Notes: generated by a model from the letters alone, not told the origin. Positions 22,611-36,651 are shown, numbered from the stretch's first letter. The stretch: 64,000 bases of DNA from Hypanus sabinus (GCF_030144855.1 NC_082714.1:94736001-94800000), one strand, 5' to 3'. A program made the numbers and translations.

Positions 22611-24189
22611 TTCATTTGGCAGCACACGCGTGTTGTTTGTGCATGTTTAATGCATTGAAGCAATCATTGGGATTGCGTAGACGCCCTTTCCAATGTAGTT
22701 GTGCAGTGATGTCAGCCTATGAGAATGTTTAATAATTTCGGAAATGAGCGCGATAATCATCTGTCTTTCGTGAAGAGTAAATCTGTATACAATTTTCCCA
22801 ACTGCGCTGTTTGAACTTCTATTTTGTGTAGAATCGAAAGGGATCTCCCTGTTGAAAGTGACTGTGTTGTGATTGCATCTTCTGTAACACTCCTTTTAAT
22901 AAGAGAAAAAAAAACTGCATGTTTACCGTGGTCTGTCGTTACTCGGCTGCTCGCAGCAGGTTTGGGGGTTTGATCGCGGATAACGTGCCGTCTAGGAGCC
23001 TCAATCGCAACTGCAGTCAAATGCACTCAAATAGCTTATTTCGCTTTTCCAATCTGTGGATTCTACCTGGACCTACATTGTCGTTGTTCTGCTGCCACCA
23101 AACTGTGAACTTCGTTCTTCGTCGTCATACACCTCTGCTCTTAATTCTTAACTGTCCTGTAAGTGGAAGATTGTCATTCCCACTGCCCTTCGGCCAAATT
23201 CCTACCACCATTGAGAGTGTCACACTGAAAGCATTTTTGTCAATGACTTGGCCATTCTCTCAATCTGAGGTTATCGATTCCCTCAATTCGTCCATAAAGA
23301 TCAACGGTTGTCTTTCCTGCACCAGTATTACCCCATGAATAACAGCACCTGCCCCACACCCCAACATACACCTACATACAGAAACATAAACCTTTCGCTG
23401 AAAAACATCTGTAGCATGGGTATATTCAATGTTTGCTATCAAAGTACATAAACACTATCATATCAGAGTAGGTGAAAAGCTACACCCAGAAACTGGCACA
23501 TGCAAAAAGACGAAAAACGGCAAAAAAAAAGTAAATAGATAGAGAGAAAGAGAAACAGATAAATAAATACATAAATAAACAATCAGATAAAACAATTAAA
23601 TCCTATCAATCAAAATAAACAAATAAATAATCGGATAAAGGGTGCAATGGATTAAGGCCGAAGTTTTACTGAGGTCATGATTTGTAGTTTCTTCGAAAAA
23701 TTATCTATATATCGTGGAATGAGGTCAGAGATGTGATGAATAAAGTCATCCACATTTATTTAGGAGGCTGATGGCTGAAGGGCAATAACTCTTCAACAAT
23801 ATTGTTCTGTGGGATCTAAAACTCCTGTATTTGTTCGGGAGACAGTTTCTGAACCGTGTAACAAGTGTGAGTTGAATACAGAGCCCCGTAAATATATGTT
23901 AAAGTCAAATATTACCTTATCAATAGGGTGGCCTTTATAGAGGCTGTATCTAACAAGATGAACTGCGGGTTTTAGCTCCATGCACTCACAAAGAACTCAG
24001 TAACATTGCACAAAAATATTTATGGATTCGTTTGAAACGTGGGAACTCATTCGAGTTATTTGCCGAAGACCAGGAAAGAAGAAACAGTAGGATGGGTAAA
24101 GTGGTATTCCTCAAAGATCTTCAAATTTCCCAAAGCACGTCGAAGAAAGAGCTACTCCCTCGGAGAGAGAAACATGGCAATCTAGAAAG

Positions 24190-25850
24190 CCTAGAGCACA
24201 ATACAGGATCTTCGGCTAACAAAGATGTGCCGAACATGTCCTTATATTAGAAATGATCAAGGATTACTCATAGCCTTCAATTTTTCTAAGCTCCACATAC
24301 CTGTCCAGGAGTCTCTTAAAAGGCCCTACCGTATTCGCATCCACCATAGTTGGCAGCCCATTCAAAGAACTCGCCAATCTCTTCGTAAAAAAACAACTTA
24401 CTCTTGACATCTCTTCAGTGCCTTCCTCCAAGCATCTTAAAACTGTGCCCTTTCGTGCTAGCCATTTCAGCCCTGGAGAGAAGCCTCTGACTATCCACAC
24501 GGTAAATGCCTCTCATCAACTTAGACACCTCTATCAGGTCACTTTTCATCCTCCTTCGCTCCAGGGAAAAAAGGCAGAGTTCATTCAACCTATTCTCATA
24601 AGGCATGCTTCCCAAGTTCAGCAACATCCTCGTAAATACCCACTGTACCCTTACTATGGTTTCCATATCCTTTCTACAGTGAGTGGACCAGAACTCAGCA
24701 CAGTGCTGCGTCGGGTCTCAGCAGGGCCCTATATAGCTCCAAAATTACTTCTCGCCTCTTAAACTCAGTTTCACGATTGATAAAGACCAAAGCGCCACAT
24801 GCTTTCTTAACCACATAGACAACATGCGCAGTAGCTTCGGGTGTCCTGTCGACTCGGACCCCAAGATCCCTCTGATCCACCACATTGCCAAGAGTCTTAT
24901 CATTAATACTATATTCTGCTGTCATATTTGACCTACCAAAATTAACCACCTCACACTTACCTGAGTTGAACTCCATCTGCCACTACTCAGCCCAGTTTTG
25001 CATCCTATCAATGTCCCGCTGTAACCTCTGACAGTCCTCCACGCTATCCACAACACCCCTAACCTCTGTGTTTTCAGCAGATTTACTAACCCAAACCTGC
25101 ATTTCTTCATTCGGGTCATTTATAAAAATCACGAAGAGCAGGGGTCCCAGAACAGATCCCTGAGGCAGGCCACTGGTGACCGATCCCTATGCAGAATATG
25201 TCCCATCTGAAATCACTCTTTGTCTCCTGTTGACAAGCTTCTTCTACATTCACAAAAAAATGTTCCATTGGATCCCATGCCTCCTTACTTTCTGAATAAG
25301 CCTTCATCAATGAAGACTGTGCCTTCATCAATGTGTTCAGTCACATCCTCAAAAAATTTAATCAGTCCCGTAAGGCATGACCTGTCGTTAACAAAGCCAT
25401 GCTGACCATTCCTAATTATGTTATGCTTCTCCAAATGTTCATTAATCATTGAATAAGGAAGCAACAACCGCAATCCTCCTCTGGAACCTGTCCCGTCCTC
25501 ATTGATGATGCAAGGATCATCGCCAGAGGCTCAGCAATCTCCTCGCTCGCTTCCTACAGTAGCCTTGGGAACATCCCATCCGGTCCCAGTGAACTATCCA
25601 ACTTGATGCTTTCCAAAAGATCCAGCATATCCTGTTCCTTAATATCTACATGCTCAAGTTTTTCCGTCCACTACAAGCCATCCTTATCATCACCAAATTC
25701 CTTTTCCGTAGTGAATACTGAAGCAAAGTACTCTTTAAATACCTCTACCATCTCCTCCTGTTCCATATGCAGTTTTCCATTGTCACACTTGATTGGTCCT
25801 ATTCCCTCACAGCTTATCCTTTTGCTCTTCATATACTTAAAGAATACCTT
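24190..25850 (-). mobile_element. CR1 LINE, 5'-truncated and internally deleted
   Basis: ORFs 24415-24666, 24695-24976, 25285-25473 and 25671-25973 with CR1 RT motifs (GQHGFVNDRSCLT, MEFNSGKCEV). Confidence 0.9.
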
Positions 25851-25854
25851 AGGG

Positions 25855-26020
25855 TTTTGCAGATGCTGGAAATCCAGAGCAACAAATATGCAATGCTGGG
25901 GGAACTCAGCAACAAGGCAGCATCTATAGAAAAGAATTAAGAGTTGACACATCTGGCCGATTCTGTCCATCAAGATTGGTGAAGGCTCTTTGCCAGAAAC
26001 GTCGATTCTTTATTTTGTGC
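25855..26020. repeat. Short interspersed elasmobranch-type repeat with decayed hammerhead-like core
   Basis: GCAGATGCTGGAAATCCAGAGCAAC..GGAACTCAGC..; GCCAGAAACGTCGA at about 25992; related copies at about 18790-18880, 29690-29760 and 47590-47800. Confidence 0.6.
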
Positions 26021-26439
26021 CATCGATACTGTCTGGTTGCTGGTTTCTTGCAATATTACGGAATCTCACTTTGTCATTGATGAGATTTCTATGTTGCATT
26101 GATGGAGTTAACTCGTCTCTGGAATTTCATGAGCAATTTGTGAGAATACTAAGCACTCAATTTCTGGACTATATTGTACAACTTTCGTGGTATTAGATGA
26201 AAGAAATCCTGTCCATAAGATGGAAATCACATGGACAACCTAACATAAGACGCCTCACTTGCTTTATTGAAACGAGTAACATTTTTAACGGTTTAAAACA
26301 TCTTAGGAAATACTGGGACTGTCCTGCAGTTTTTAAAACCTAAATAAACACAATTATCCATGTACATAAATAAAATACATTGAACATTAATAGGTTAGCT
26401 TTATTTGTTATACATACAACGAAACATACATTGAAGTGC

Positions 26440-29290
26440 GTTGTTTGTGTTAAATCAAATAAGCGAGATTGTGCTAGCGAGGAGTACTGTGGGAAAGGCT
26501 GACCAGCTGAGGGCGTGGATTGACACGTGGAATTATGACATTCTTGCCATTAGTGTAACTTGGTTATAGGAGGGGCAGGACTGGCGGCTTAATGTTCCAG
26601 GGTTCTGATGTTTCAGACGTCACAGGGGCAGAGGGATGAAGGGTGGGGGGTGGCATTGCTAGTCAGGGAAAATGTTACAGCAGTGCTCAGGCTGGACAGA
26701 ATAGAGGCCTTGTCTACCGAGGCCAAACGGGTGGAGCTGAGAAATAGGGAAGGCATGGCCACATTAATGAGGTTGTATTCTAGACCACCCGATAGTCAGT
26801 GAGAATTGGAGGAACAAATCTGCAGAGAGACAACAGACAACTGCAGGAAACATAAAATTGTGATAGTAGGGGATTTTAATTTTCCACGTATTGATTGGGA
26901 CTCCAGTACTGTTAAAGGTCTAGACGGGTTAGAGTTTCTAAAATGTGTTCAGAAAAGTTTGCTCAATCAATATACAGATGTACCGACTAGAGAGGATGCA
27001 ATACTAGATCTCCTATTAGGAAACGAGTTAGGACAGGTGACGGAAGTGAATGTAGGGGAAAACGTTAGTTCCAGTGATAATAACGTCATTAGTTTCCACT
27101 TGATCATGGACAAAGATAGATCTGCTCCTCGGGTTTAGGTTCTAAACTGGGAAAAACGTCAAATTTGACAAAGTGAGAAAGGATCTAAAAAGCGTGGATT
27201 GGGATAGGTTGTCCATTGTTAAGTGGGAGGCCTTCAGATGAGAAATTTTGAGAGTGCAGAGTTAGTATGATCCTGTCAGGGTTAAAGGCAAAGTGAATAA
27301 GAATAAGAAACCTTGTTCTATAGGGATATAGGAACTCTGATAAAGGAAAAGAGAGGTGAGAAATGTATAGGAATTTGAAGGAGGAAAAGTGCAAAAATAA
27401 CTTAAGAAAGAAATCAGGAGGGCTAAAAGGAGACATGAGGTAGTTTTGGCCGTCAAGGTGAAGCATAATCAAAAGAGCTTCTACAGGTGTATGAAGTGTA
27501 AAAGGATAATAAGGGATAAAATTGGTCCTCTTGAAGATCAGAGTTGTCGGCTATGTATAGAACCAAAAGAAATGGGGGAGATCTTAAATGTTTTTTTGCG
27601 TCTGTAGTTAGTAAGGAAACTGGCATGGAGTCAATGGAAATAAAGCAAACAAGTAGTGAGGTCATGCTACCTATACGGATTGAAAAGGAGGAGGTGCTTG
27701 CTCTCTTGAGGCAAATCAGAGTAGATAAATCTTCAGGACCTGACAGGGTATTCCCTCGGACCTTGAAGGAAACTAGTGTTGAAATTGCAGGGGCCCTGGC
27801 ATATATATTTAAAATGGCGGTGTCTACGGGTCAGGTGACGGAGCTTTGGAGGATAGCTCATGTTGTTCCGTTGTTTAAAAAAGGCTCTAAAAGTAATCTG
27901 GGAAAATATAGGCCGGTAAGTTTAACGTCAATAGTAGGTAAATCATTGGAAGGAAAACTAAGAGATAGGATCTGCAAGTGTTTAGATAGGCAGGCACTTA
28001 TTAGGGAGAGTCAACACGGCTTTGTGTGTGGTTGGTCATGTTTAACAAATCTATTAGAGTTTTTCGAGAAGGTTACAAGGAAAGTGGATGAAGGAAAGGC
28101 AGTAGATGTTGTCTACATGGACTTCAGTAAGGCCTTTGACAAGGTCCCGCATGGGAGATTATTTAGGAAGATTCAGTCCCTCGGTATACATGGTGAGGTA
28201 GTAAATTGGATTATACATTGGCTCAATGGGAGAAGTCAGTGGTAGTGGAGGATTGCTTCTCTGACTGGAGGCCTGTGACTGGTGGTGTGCCACAGTGATC
28301 AGTGCTGGGTCAATTGTTGTTTGTCATCTATATCAATGATCTGGATGATAATGTGGTAAATTGGATCAGCAAATTTGCTGATGATACAAAGACTGGAGGT
28401 GTAGTGGACAGTGAGGAAGGTTTTCAAAGCTTGCAGAGCGATCTGGACCAGCTGGAAAAATGGGCTGAAAAACGGAAGATGGAGTTTAATGCAGACAGGT
28501 TTGAGGTATTGCACTTTGGAAGGAAAAACCAAGGTACAACATACAAGGTAAATAGTAGAGAACTGAGGGGTGCAGTGGAACACAGGCATCTAAGAATACA
28601 GATACAAAATTCCCTAATAGTTGCGTAACAAGTAGAATGGGTAGTAAAGATAACTTTTTGTACATTGACCTTTATAAATCAAATGTATTGAGTATAAGAG
28701 TGTGAATGCTATGGTGAGGTTATATTGGTGAGGCCGAATTTGGAGTATTGTGTGCGGTTTTGGTCACCGAATTACGGGAAGGATATTAATAATGATGATA
28801 GAGTGCAAACAAGTTTTACAATGAAGTTGCCAGGACTTGAGAAACTGAGTTACAGAGACAGGTTGAATAGGTTAAGACTTTATTCCCTGGAGCGTAGAAG
28901 AATGAGGGGAGACTTAATAGAGGTACATAAAATTATGATGGGTATAAATAGAGTGAATGCAAGCAGGCTCTTACCACTGAGGCTAGGGGAGAAAAGAAAG
29001 CAGAGGATATGGGTTAAGGGTGAAGGGGGAAAAGTTTAAAGGGAATATTGTGGGTGGCTTCTTCACAAAGAGAGTGGTGGGAGTGTGGAATGTGCTACCA
29101 GATGAAGTGGTAAATGCGGGCTCAATTTTAACATTTAAGTAAAACTTGGACAGGTACATTGATGAAAGGTGTATGGAGGGATATGGGCCAGGTGCAGGTC
29201 AGTGAGACCAGGCAGAAAAATGGTTCAGCACAGCCAAGAAGGGACAAAAGGCTTGTTTCTGTGTTGTAATGTGCTATGGTTCTATGGTTC
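26440..29290 (+). mobile_element. CR1 LINE, most of ORF2 plus 3' UTR
   Basis: Endonuclease (IVGDFNFP, ILDLLLGN), RT (YMDFSKAFDKVPH, FADD), tail TTCTATGGTTCTA. Confidence 0.95.
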
Positions 29291-29769
29291 TACTTAATAA
29301 ATCCAGAATGGTCAATGGTCATCATTGAATGTTGATCAGAGAGAATTCAGCAGTTCTGCGGAAGCAGAGGTAGGGTGGAGTGGGGAGATTATTGATTTCA
29401 CAGGCCAGTGACCAGATCCTTCTCGTTGAAAGAGGCCATTCAGTGTCTTCTGAATGGCGTGAATGATATTGTCTTCTAATAGCCTTCCATGAGTATCAGA
29501 ACATGGTACATATAACATAGTAGTGCATTTAATATAGTACAGTATGCAGCATCGAACACAGATCATAACATACAACATAGAACTCTACAGAACTGTGCCT
29601 TGGATCATTGCCTTACAGATAGGAAATATGTTAAACACAATGCAGATATTCTGATGCAGTATTTTGACTTTATACGTGAACTGTTCATTTTCCCCCATAG
29701 ATGCTGCCTGACTCATTGTGCTCCTCCAGCACTAATTGAGTTCTTCCAGATAACAGTATTTTCAATGAA

Positions 29770-31312
29770 ATTTTTAATTAGCATCTGTAATTCTGAGCCT
29801 GTGATGGGAACGGTGATTGGTAACTCAGCCAGAAAATGGCTGGCCCCATTTCGTTGTCCCGAGGAAAGCCCTGAGGCTGTATTGACTGATCGCCAACAAT
29901 AATCGTCCTTTGTTCAAGGAATGACCACATCGTCTGAGCTGAATAGAGGGTCTGCTGCTTTAGAGAAACATCCAGCTGTTGAATGGGAATTATGTACTTC
30001 AAAGATAATCGTATTGTAAAATTTAAGTAAAATGGCGGGGGCACGTTTCTGAAGATTTTCCAAATCCCCGTTCTTAACTGAGGCAACTTTGGTCTGATAA
30101 AGTGAGATAGTGGGGACCTGATGAACTTGATGCAGAGCATTTTTCATCTCAATGACCGGTGAGACACGGTTAAGGGGCTGAATGGTCTCGAGCTGCTCCT
30201 GAAAGCACCTATAAATCCGGATTTCTAAACTCAGTTTATAAATTCTAAACAAGCTTGGACCTATGAAACCATTGAAGAAGAAACAATTTGAAATTGGGCT
30301 TTAGGATTTTAACGAACATTTCATTCGCCATCAATAGATTCCAAGTGACAATGTTTCCTCTTAGAAGATTCCGTATATTTCCGGCCTCGGTAAATTCTGT
30401 TCCATTCTGTAAAAGAGCACCACGTCCTTTTGGCTGTACATACTACAGGGGAACGGATAACTTTAAAAAAACTATACACTGGGCTTATGTGCTGGGCAGC
30501 AGATCGGCCGGTCAGGGAGTGGAACGAGAACAGACTTGTGAAAGCTGTTTCGGATGTAATCTGAGTGGGTCTGAACTGCTTGGCTGGCGACCTCACGCCT
30601 CTCAGTACCTCACAGGCCCGCTCTGCATTTCCGCCATTTCCTCTCCCATTACTGGGTAAGGAATCCTGGGTACCAACGAGCTTTTTCCGAGCTCGGGGCA
30701 TCATAACCTACTCTCACCCAATCAACAATGAAAGTATACTATTCGTAAAGGCACACAGGCGAATTCCAGATTTGGGAAGTAATTGGAGAACGTCTATAAG
30801 TTGATCGCAATGGGGCCAATAAATATGGGCACGGTGCGCGGAGTTAGCGCGGAGATTGGGTAATGTTGAGGTAATCTTTATATAATTTTAGGACAAAGCT
30901 GGTAAAGTCTAGAATTCAGTTCCGAGGGTAGAGGGGATTAAAAAACCTTTTTAAATACCATTCGCCCTCGCCGCACAAGGTTGGAAGATGGGAATAATCT
31001 GGGCAGCTCTTCGTTCAAAGTTTCATGCCGCTTATCCGAATAACCATGTTTTCTACCTCACCTTTCACTCAATTCCGAAATCGTCTTAACTATTTCAGGT
31101 AATCGAGTCCCTGTCTGGCGTCCCTGATGAATACCATAACCTAATGAAATTTCTCTCTGCCGCATCCACACCCTCTTACATGCAGGTAGCGAGCGCTTTT
31201 GTGTTAATTTTCGGGCCCCGTATCCAAGAAACGTTTCTCGAAGGCTTATGAAATGATCTCAAAAATTATGTGGATGGTATGCTGTTTAAAGGTGCGTCGC
31301 CTCCAGTCCACA
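29770..31312 (-). pseudogene. Endogenous negative-strand RNA virus L (RdRp) gene, segment D (motif C remnant to start of region V)
   Basis: Manual translation: TGGDA (31293-31307, motif C position), ISLRETFLGYG..KRVWMR, RLFPSSN (30980-31000), SDPLRL, NIRNLL, LETIQPLNRVSPVI (30151-30193), QTMWSFLEQRTIIVG (about 29890-29935). Confidence 0.7.
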
Positions 31313-34300
31313 GCATTCTAAAGGAGGAGGATGGCCAGTTCGAATGGCTGCAGGAGATGGGAGGGTGAAAAGATGAAAAAGTAACAGCGCCTTTGTCACG
31401 GGGAACTTCAGCTCCCTAATATTGATCGGTGTCTCCTTAATGCAAAAGGTTTGGATGGGGTACAATTTGTTAGGCGTGTCCATGGTATGTAGACAGACCG
31501 ACTCCAGGCAATGATCGAGGTCAGGTGTCAGATCTCTCGATGGGTGAGCATTTTGGGAAAAATTAGCTGACTTTCAGCATAGCTTTGGACAAGGATAGGT
31601 GCAGACAGTATGATAAAGTATCTCATTGAGTGAGGGGGAATTATGTCGCTGTCAGGTAGGAATTGGGGACCATAAATTGGAAACGTACGTACTCAGGGGA
31701 ATTCACAACAGAAATGTGGCTGTTGTTTAGGGAGCACTGGCTGATGGATCTGGACAGGTTTGTCTCACTGAAGAGGGGAAAGGATGGTAGACAAGAAATG
31801 TGGGACATCTAATCAAGAGGAAGTAAAAAGCTTATTTTTAGAAAGCAAAGATCAGACAGAACCCGGGAAAGTTGCAAGGTAGCCAGGAAGTAGCTGAAGA
31901 AAAGACTTCGTATAGCTAGAAGAAGCAGGAGAAGGCCTTGGCGAATGGAGTTAAGGAAAACCCCAAGGCGTTCTACCCGTAGGTGAATACAAGGAGAATA
32001 ACAGGAGTGAGGGTAGGATCGATCAGAAATAGTAAAGGAAAGATGGGCCTGTAGTCGGAGAAGCAAGAGACATCCTTTATGAATACTTTGCTTCAGAAAG
32101 CTGTGGTTGCCAGCCTGGAGTCCACAGACCCCAAGGCTCCATGCCATAAAAATATTGGGAACCCCTAAATAGGAGGGGCGTTGTCGTTTGTGAATACACC
32201 ATAAAACGAGCAGATATGGTAAAGCATGTTCATTTTAAGAAAGAGGATGTGTAACAAATTTTGGAAAATATTAGCATAAGTAAGATCCTGGGTCAGACGG
32301 GATATAAACCAGGTTACCACGCCAAGAGATAGTTTCACCCTTGTCGACGATTTTTGCGTCCTCAGTGGCCACAGGAGTAGTACAAGATGACTGGAGGGTG
32401 TTGTTTGAAAAAAAGGACAATAGATAACCCTGGGTATTATACACCCGCGAGTCATAATTCAGTGGTGTGCGAATTCCTGGAAAGAATACTTCGAGATAGG
32501 GTTTGCGATCATTTGAAGATGCACTGTATGATCACAAATAACCAGCATGGCTTTGTGAAGATCGAAATGAGTTTTCAAATGACTTGGGTGACAAACTGTA
32601 AGGGGAGGTTAGTAACCTTGGCGATAACACGAAGATTGATGGAGTTGTGAATAGTGTGGAGGATTATTGTAGGTTGCAACGAGGCTTTGACATGATGTAG
32701 AGCTGATCTGGGAGTTCAACCCAGAAAACTACGTTGTCATTCATTTTTGGGTTTCAATTTGCGGGATACAAGGTTAATGGCAGAATTCTTGACTCTGTGA
32801 AGTAAAAGAAGAAACTTGGGTTCCACATCCATAAATATCTCAATGTCCCACACATTGTCGAGTTCCTAAGAAGTATGGCGCATTGGTCTTCATTAATTAA
32901 GGAGTTAATTTCAAGAACCGTGTAGTGAATTTACAGCTCTTTAAGACCCTGGTTAGACTACATTTAGAATATTGTGTTCCGTTCTGGTCACTTTCTTATA
33001 GAAAGGATGTAGAAACTGTGGAGACGGTACGGAGAAGATTTGCCGTGTCTTATAATGAGAGCTTGAGTGAACTGAAGATTTCTTGTCTTTGGAACGAAGA
33101 AGAATGATAGGTAACTTGACTGAGGTGTACACTTTACAAAAGGTGTAAGGGGCCTAGTTATAATAGATAGCCAGAAACTTTTTCCCTCAAGGCAAAAATT
33201 GTTAAAGTAATTAGAGGAAAATATGGGGCTGATACAGGCAGATACATTCGGGGCAGTTAATAAACTCTTAGATATATATATGTCTTATATGAATTGCAAG
33301 TATACAGTACTGTCATATTACGTTTTCTATGAAACGTTTAATTTATGAGGGGTGTATTTAATGGCCCTCGGCATGTACTCACTGGAGTTTAGAAAAATGA
33401 GGGAGGAATTTCATTGAAAACTACCGAATATTGAAAGGCCTAGAAAGAGTGGATGTGGTGAGGATATTTCCAATAGAAAGAAAGTCTAATGCAAGAGGCT
33501 CAGTCTCAGAATGCAAAAAAAAAAAATCCCTTTAGAACAGAGATGAGAAGGAATATCTATAACCAGAAGCAGGCGAACATGTGGGATTCATTGCCAGAGA
33601 TGGCTATGGAGCTCATGTCACTGGGTATTCTTAAAACAGAGCTTAATAGTGTCTTGATTAGGCAGGGTATCGAAGATTACGGGAGAAGGTACGGGAATAG
33701 GGTTAAAAAGGAAAATAAAGCAGCCATCAACAAATGCTGCAGCAGACTCGATGTACGAAATTGCCTAATTCTGCTCCTATATCTTATGATCTTTTCCGTC
33801 CTCCTGCCATTACTCGGTTCTACAATACAGATTGCATTCCGTTTATCCTGCTGCCATTTTGGAACATAATATATAGCAGCATATTCAGCCCGTCGTATGT
33901 ACTCCACCATTCCGTCATGGCTGGTTTACTATAACTCTTAACCTCCTTTTCCTGCCTTCTTCCTGTACCCTTTGACGCGCTGATGAATCAGGACCCTATT
34001 GACCTCCACAGCTGCCTGTGGCAAGGAATTCCACAGCCTTCCCACTCTGTCTAAAACAATTTCTCCTCATCTTTGCTCAAATGGACCAAACACAGCTGAA
34101 CATATAAACATTTTGGTTTTTGTGGATGTTGAGCTTGGAAACTATTTGCTGTGAGGTAAAGAGAGACTGTGGAGAATTATGCCCTAGTGTATAAGTCAGA
34201 AACTACACCCAGAACTTAAACACAGTTGGCCGTACAGAGTGATCTTAATGGTAAGGAAGGCTAATGTGATGTCAGCATTCATTTCAAGAAGACTGGAATA

Positions 34301-34796
34301 TAAAACCAAAGATGTAATGTTGAGGCATTAAGGCATGGGTCAGATCATACTTCGGAGTAATTCGGAACCCCTTATCTAAGAAAGGATGAGTTGGTATTGG
34401 GGAGGGTCCAGTGTGCTCATTGGACTTTAAAAGAAAGATATTATTGAAATCTATAAGTCACTGAAAGGGCTAGAGCAGACTTCGACAGCACATCTCCTAT
34501 AGTGGGAAGCCTAGGACCAGAGTGCACCACCTTAGAAGAAAGGGACATCCCTTTACAATGGAGAGGAGGGGGAATTTGTACCGCTAGTGAGTTGTTATTC
34601 TGTGTAATGCATTTCCATGGACGGATCTGGACGCCGTCATTGGGTATATTTAAAGTGGAGGTTGACAGGCTCTTCATTTGTTAGAGTGTCAAAGATGATA
34701 GGGTCAAAGTGGGTTAATGGGGTTGAGAGGGATATTAAATGGGCCATGATTGAATGGGGCGAATGGCTTAATTCTGCTCCTGTAACGTATGGTCTT
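31313..34796 (+). mobile_element. Composite of degraded CR1 copies (mostly plus strand, short minus piece about 33900-34080)
   Basis: CR1 endonuclease/RT/3' motifs (NNQHGFVK, HLEYCVPFWS, 3' UTR ending TATGGTCTT). Confidence 0.8.
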
Positions 34797-35632
34797 TTCA
34801 ATATAAATGACAAACCTCAAGTATAAATGAATGTCTACAGTAACGCAGGGAGGGGTTCAGAAATTCCAACAAAAATTTTATTACTGTCCATCTCTCTGGT
34901 TGCAATCAGCAATTTCAGAAAACTAAACCATGAAGGAAATAAAACCAACAATTCAACTGGGTTCTGATCCATACGTAGTCTTCTTCAGAAATTACCCACA
35001 TTTCTAGATTACATAGAAATTACCTAGTAAAGATTTTTACTCCTCGTCCATGTGAAAGATGTAAGCCATCAAGTCAATTCAATTATGGTGCAAAAATTTC
35101 TACAATGTACAAAAGGAAGTTTAGACGTTTCCGGCATTGAATTATACTGTCACTCAGATCCAATACTTGCAATAAAGGTAATTACTTCCAGAGTACTACG
35201 GGCATATTTCAAAATGGCATTTTGTTGCACGGCTCTCGGACAAAACGTGAGGCGGCACTCTGAACTTGGTGCTCCGGGTGTATGAGGTTCCATTCTCAAC
35301 CTGTGGTAGCGGTAGAGTGTCGTCTTAGATTGAACAGGAACCCAGCTTGCCAAAGGAGTTTCACCGACAGCGCATTTTGATCAAGATTGCAGGCAACCCA
35401 CTAAACGCAAATCACCAACGAACACATTGATAGGATGTGGAGGCTCCTATAATATACTCAATAGGGCATTTTATGGCAGACCGGATCATTTGCTTTACTA
35501 AAGGTTTGTTTTTCTGTCATCGCTCTCATCCCTGGTCACAAGGGAGAATGTTACATTTTGCTTTAGAGATTGAGATCTCTAAAGTGATCTGTCAATTATA
35601 TAGATCAACTTTACTGAAATAGATGAGCATTA
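34797..35632 (-). pseudogene. Endogenous viral L gene, segment C (pre-motif A, motifs A and B)
   Basis: LIHP-E..KFRV.P..RA..KMPFEI (35205-35280), QYNSM, IIE-(I)DL (about 35070-35095), LQPERWT (34885-34905), GLSFIL (34797-34820); several frameshifts. Confidence 0.7.
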
Positions 35633-36651
35633 TACCATATAACCATATAACAATTACAGCACGGAAACAGGCATCCTCGGCCCTTCTAGCTCATTCCACA
35701 CAGCTACCACTCTCTGAGTAAAGAAATTCCCTCTCATGTTATCCTTAAACTTTTCCCCCCTAAGTCTCAACTCATGTCCTCTTGTTTGAATTTTCCCTAC
35801 TCTCAATGGGAAAAGCCTATCCACGTCAACTCTATCTATCCCCCTCGTAATTTTAAATACCTCTATCAAGTCCCCCCTCAACCTTCTACGCTCCAAAGAA
35901 TAAAGACCTAACTTGTTCAACCTTTCTCTGTAACTTAGGTGCTGAAACCCAGGTAACATTCTAGTAAATCTTCTCTGTACTCTCTCTATTTTGCTGACAT
36001 CTTTCCTATAATTCGGTGACCAGAACTGTACACAATACTGTAAATTCGGCCTTACCAGTGCCTTGTACAATTTTAACATTACATCCCAACTCCTATACTC
36101 AATGCTCTGATTTATAATGGCCAACATACCAAAAGCTATCTTCACCACCCTATCCACATGAGATTCCACCTTCATGGAACTATGCACCATTATTCCTAGA
36201 TCGCACTGTTCAACTGCATTCTTCAATGCCCTACCATTTACCATGTATGTCCTATCTGGATTAGTCCTACCAAAATGTAGCACCTCACACTTATCAGCAT
36301 TAAACTCCATCTGCCATCGCTCAGCCCACTCTTCTAACTGGCCAAAATCTCTCTGCAAGCTTTGAAAGCCTAATTCATTATCCACAACGCCACTTACCTT
36401 AGTATCACACTGCATACTTACTAATCCAATTTACCACCCCATCATCCAGATCATTAATGTATATGACAAACAACATTGGACCCAGTACAGATCCCTGAGG
36501 CACACCACTAGACACCGGCCTCCAACCTGACAAACAGTTATCCACCACATCTCTCTGGCATCTCCCATCCAGCCACTGTTGAATCCATTTTACTACTTCA
36601 ATATTAATGCCTAACGATTGAACCTTCCTAACTAATCTTCCGTGTGGAACC
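35633..36651 (-). mobile_element. Young 5'-truncated CR1 insertion splitting the viral L gene
   Basis: 253-aa ORF 35654-36415; (CCATATA)n tail; CCAT at both junctions; removing it restores GDVREKSW|YNAHLF. Confidence 0.95.

Noticed and set aside
29555-29600. Short direct-repeat runs (CATA/CATAGAA-type) here and at 11010, 35633 and 45515 as CRISPR-like or novel arrays
   Set aside because: 5-8 nt units without unique spacers; they are LINE 3' microsatellite tails or simple repeats.
30610-30660. GEG-NGG read as an L methyltransferase SAM-binding motif
   Set aside because: Needs a frameshift, and collinearity places this position in region IV, far upstream of the methyltransferase domain.
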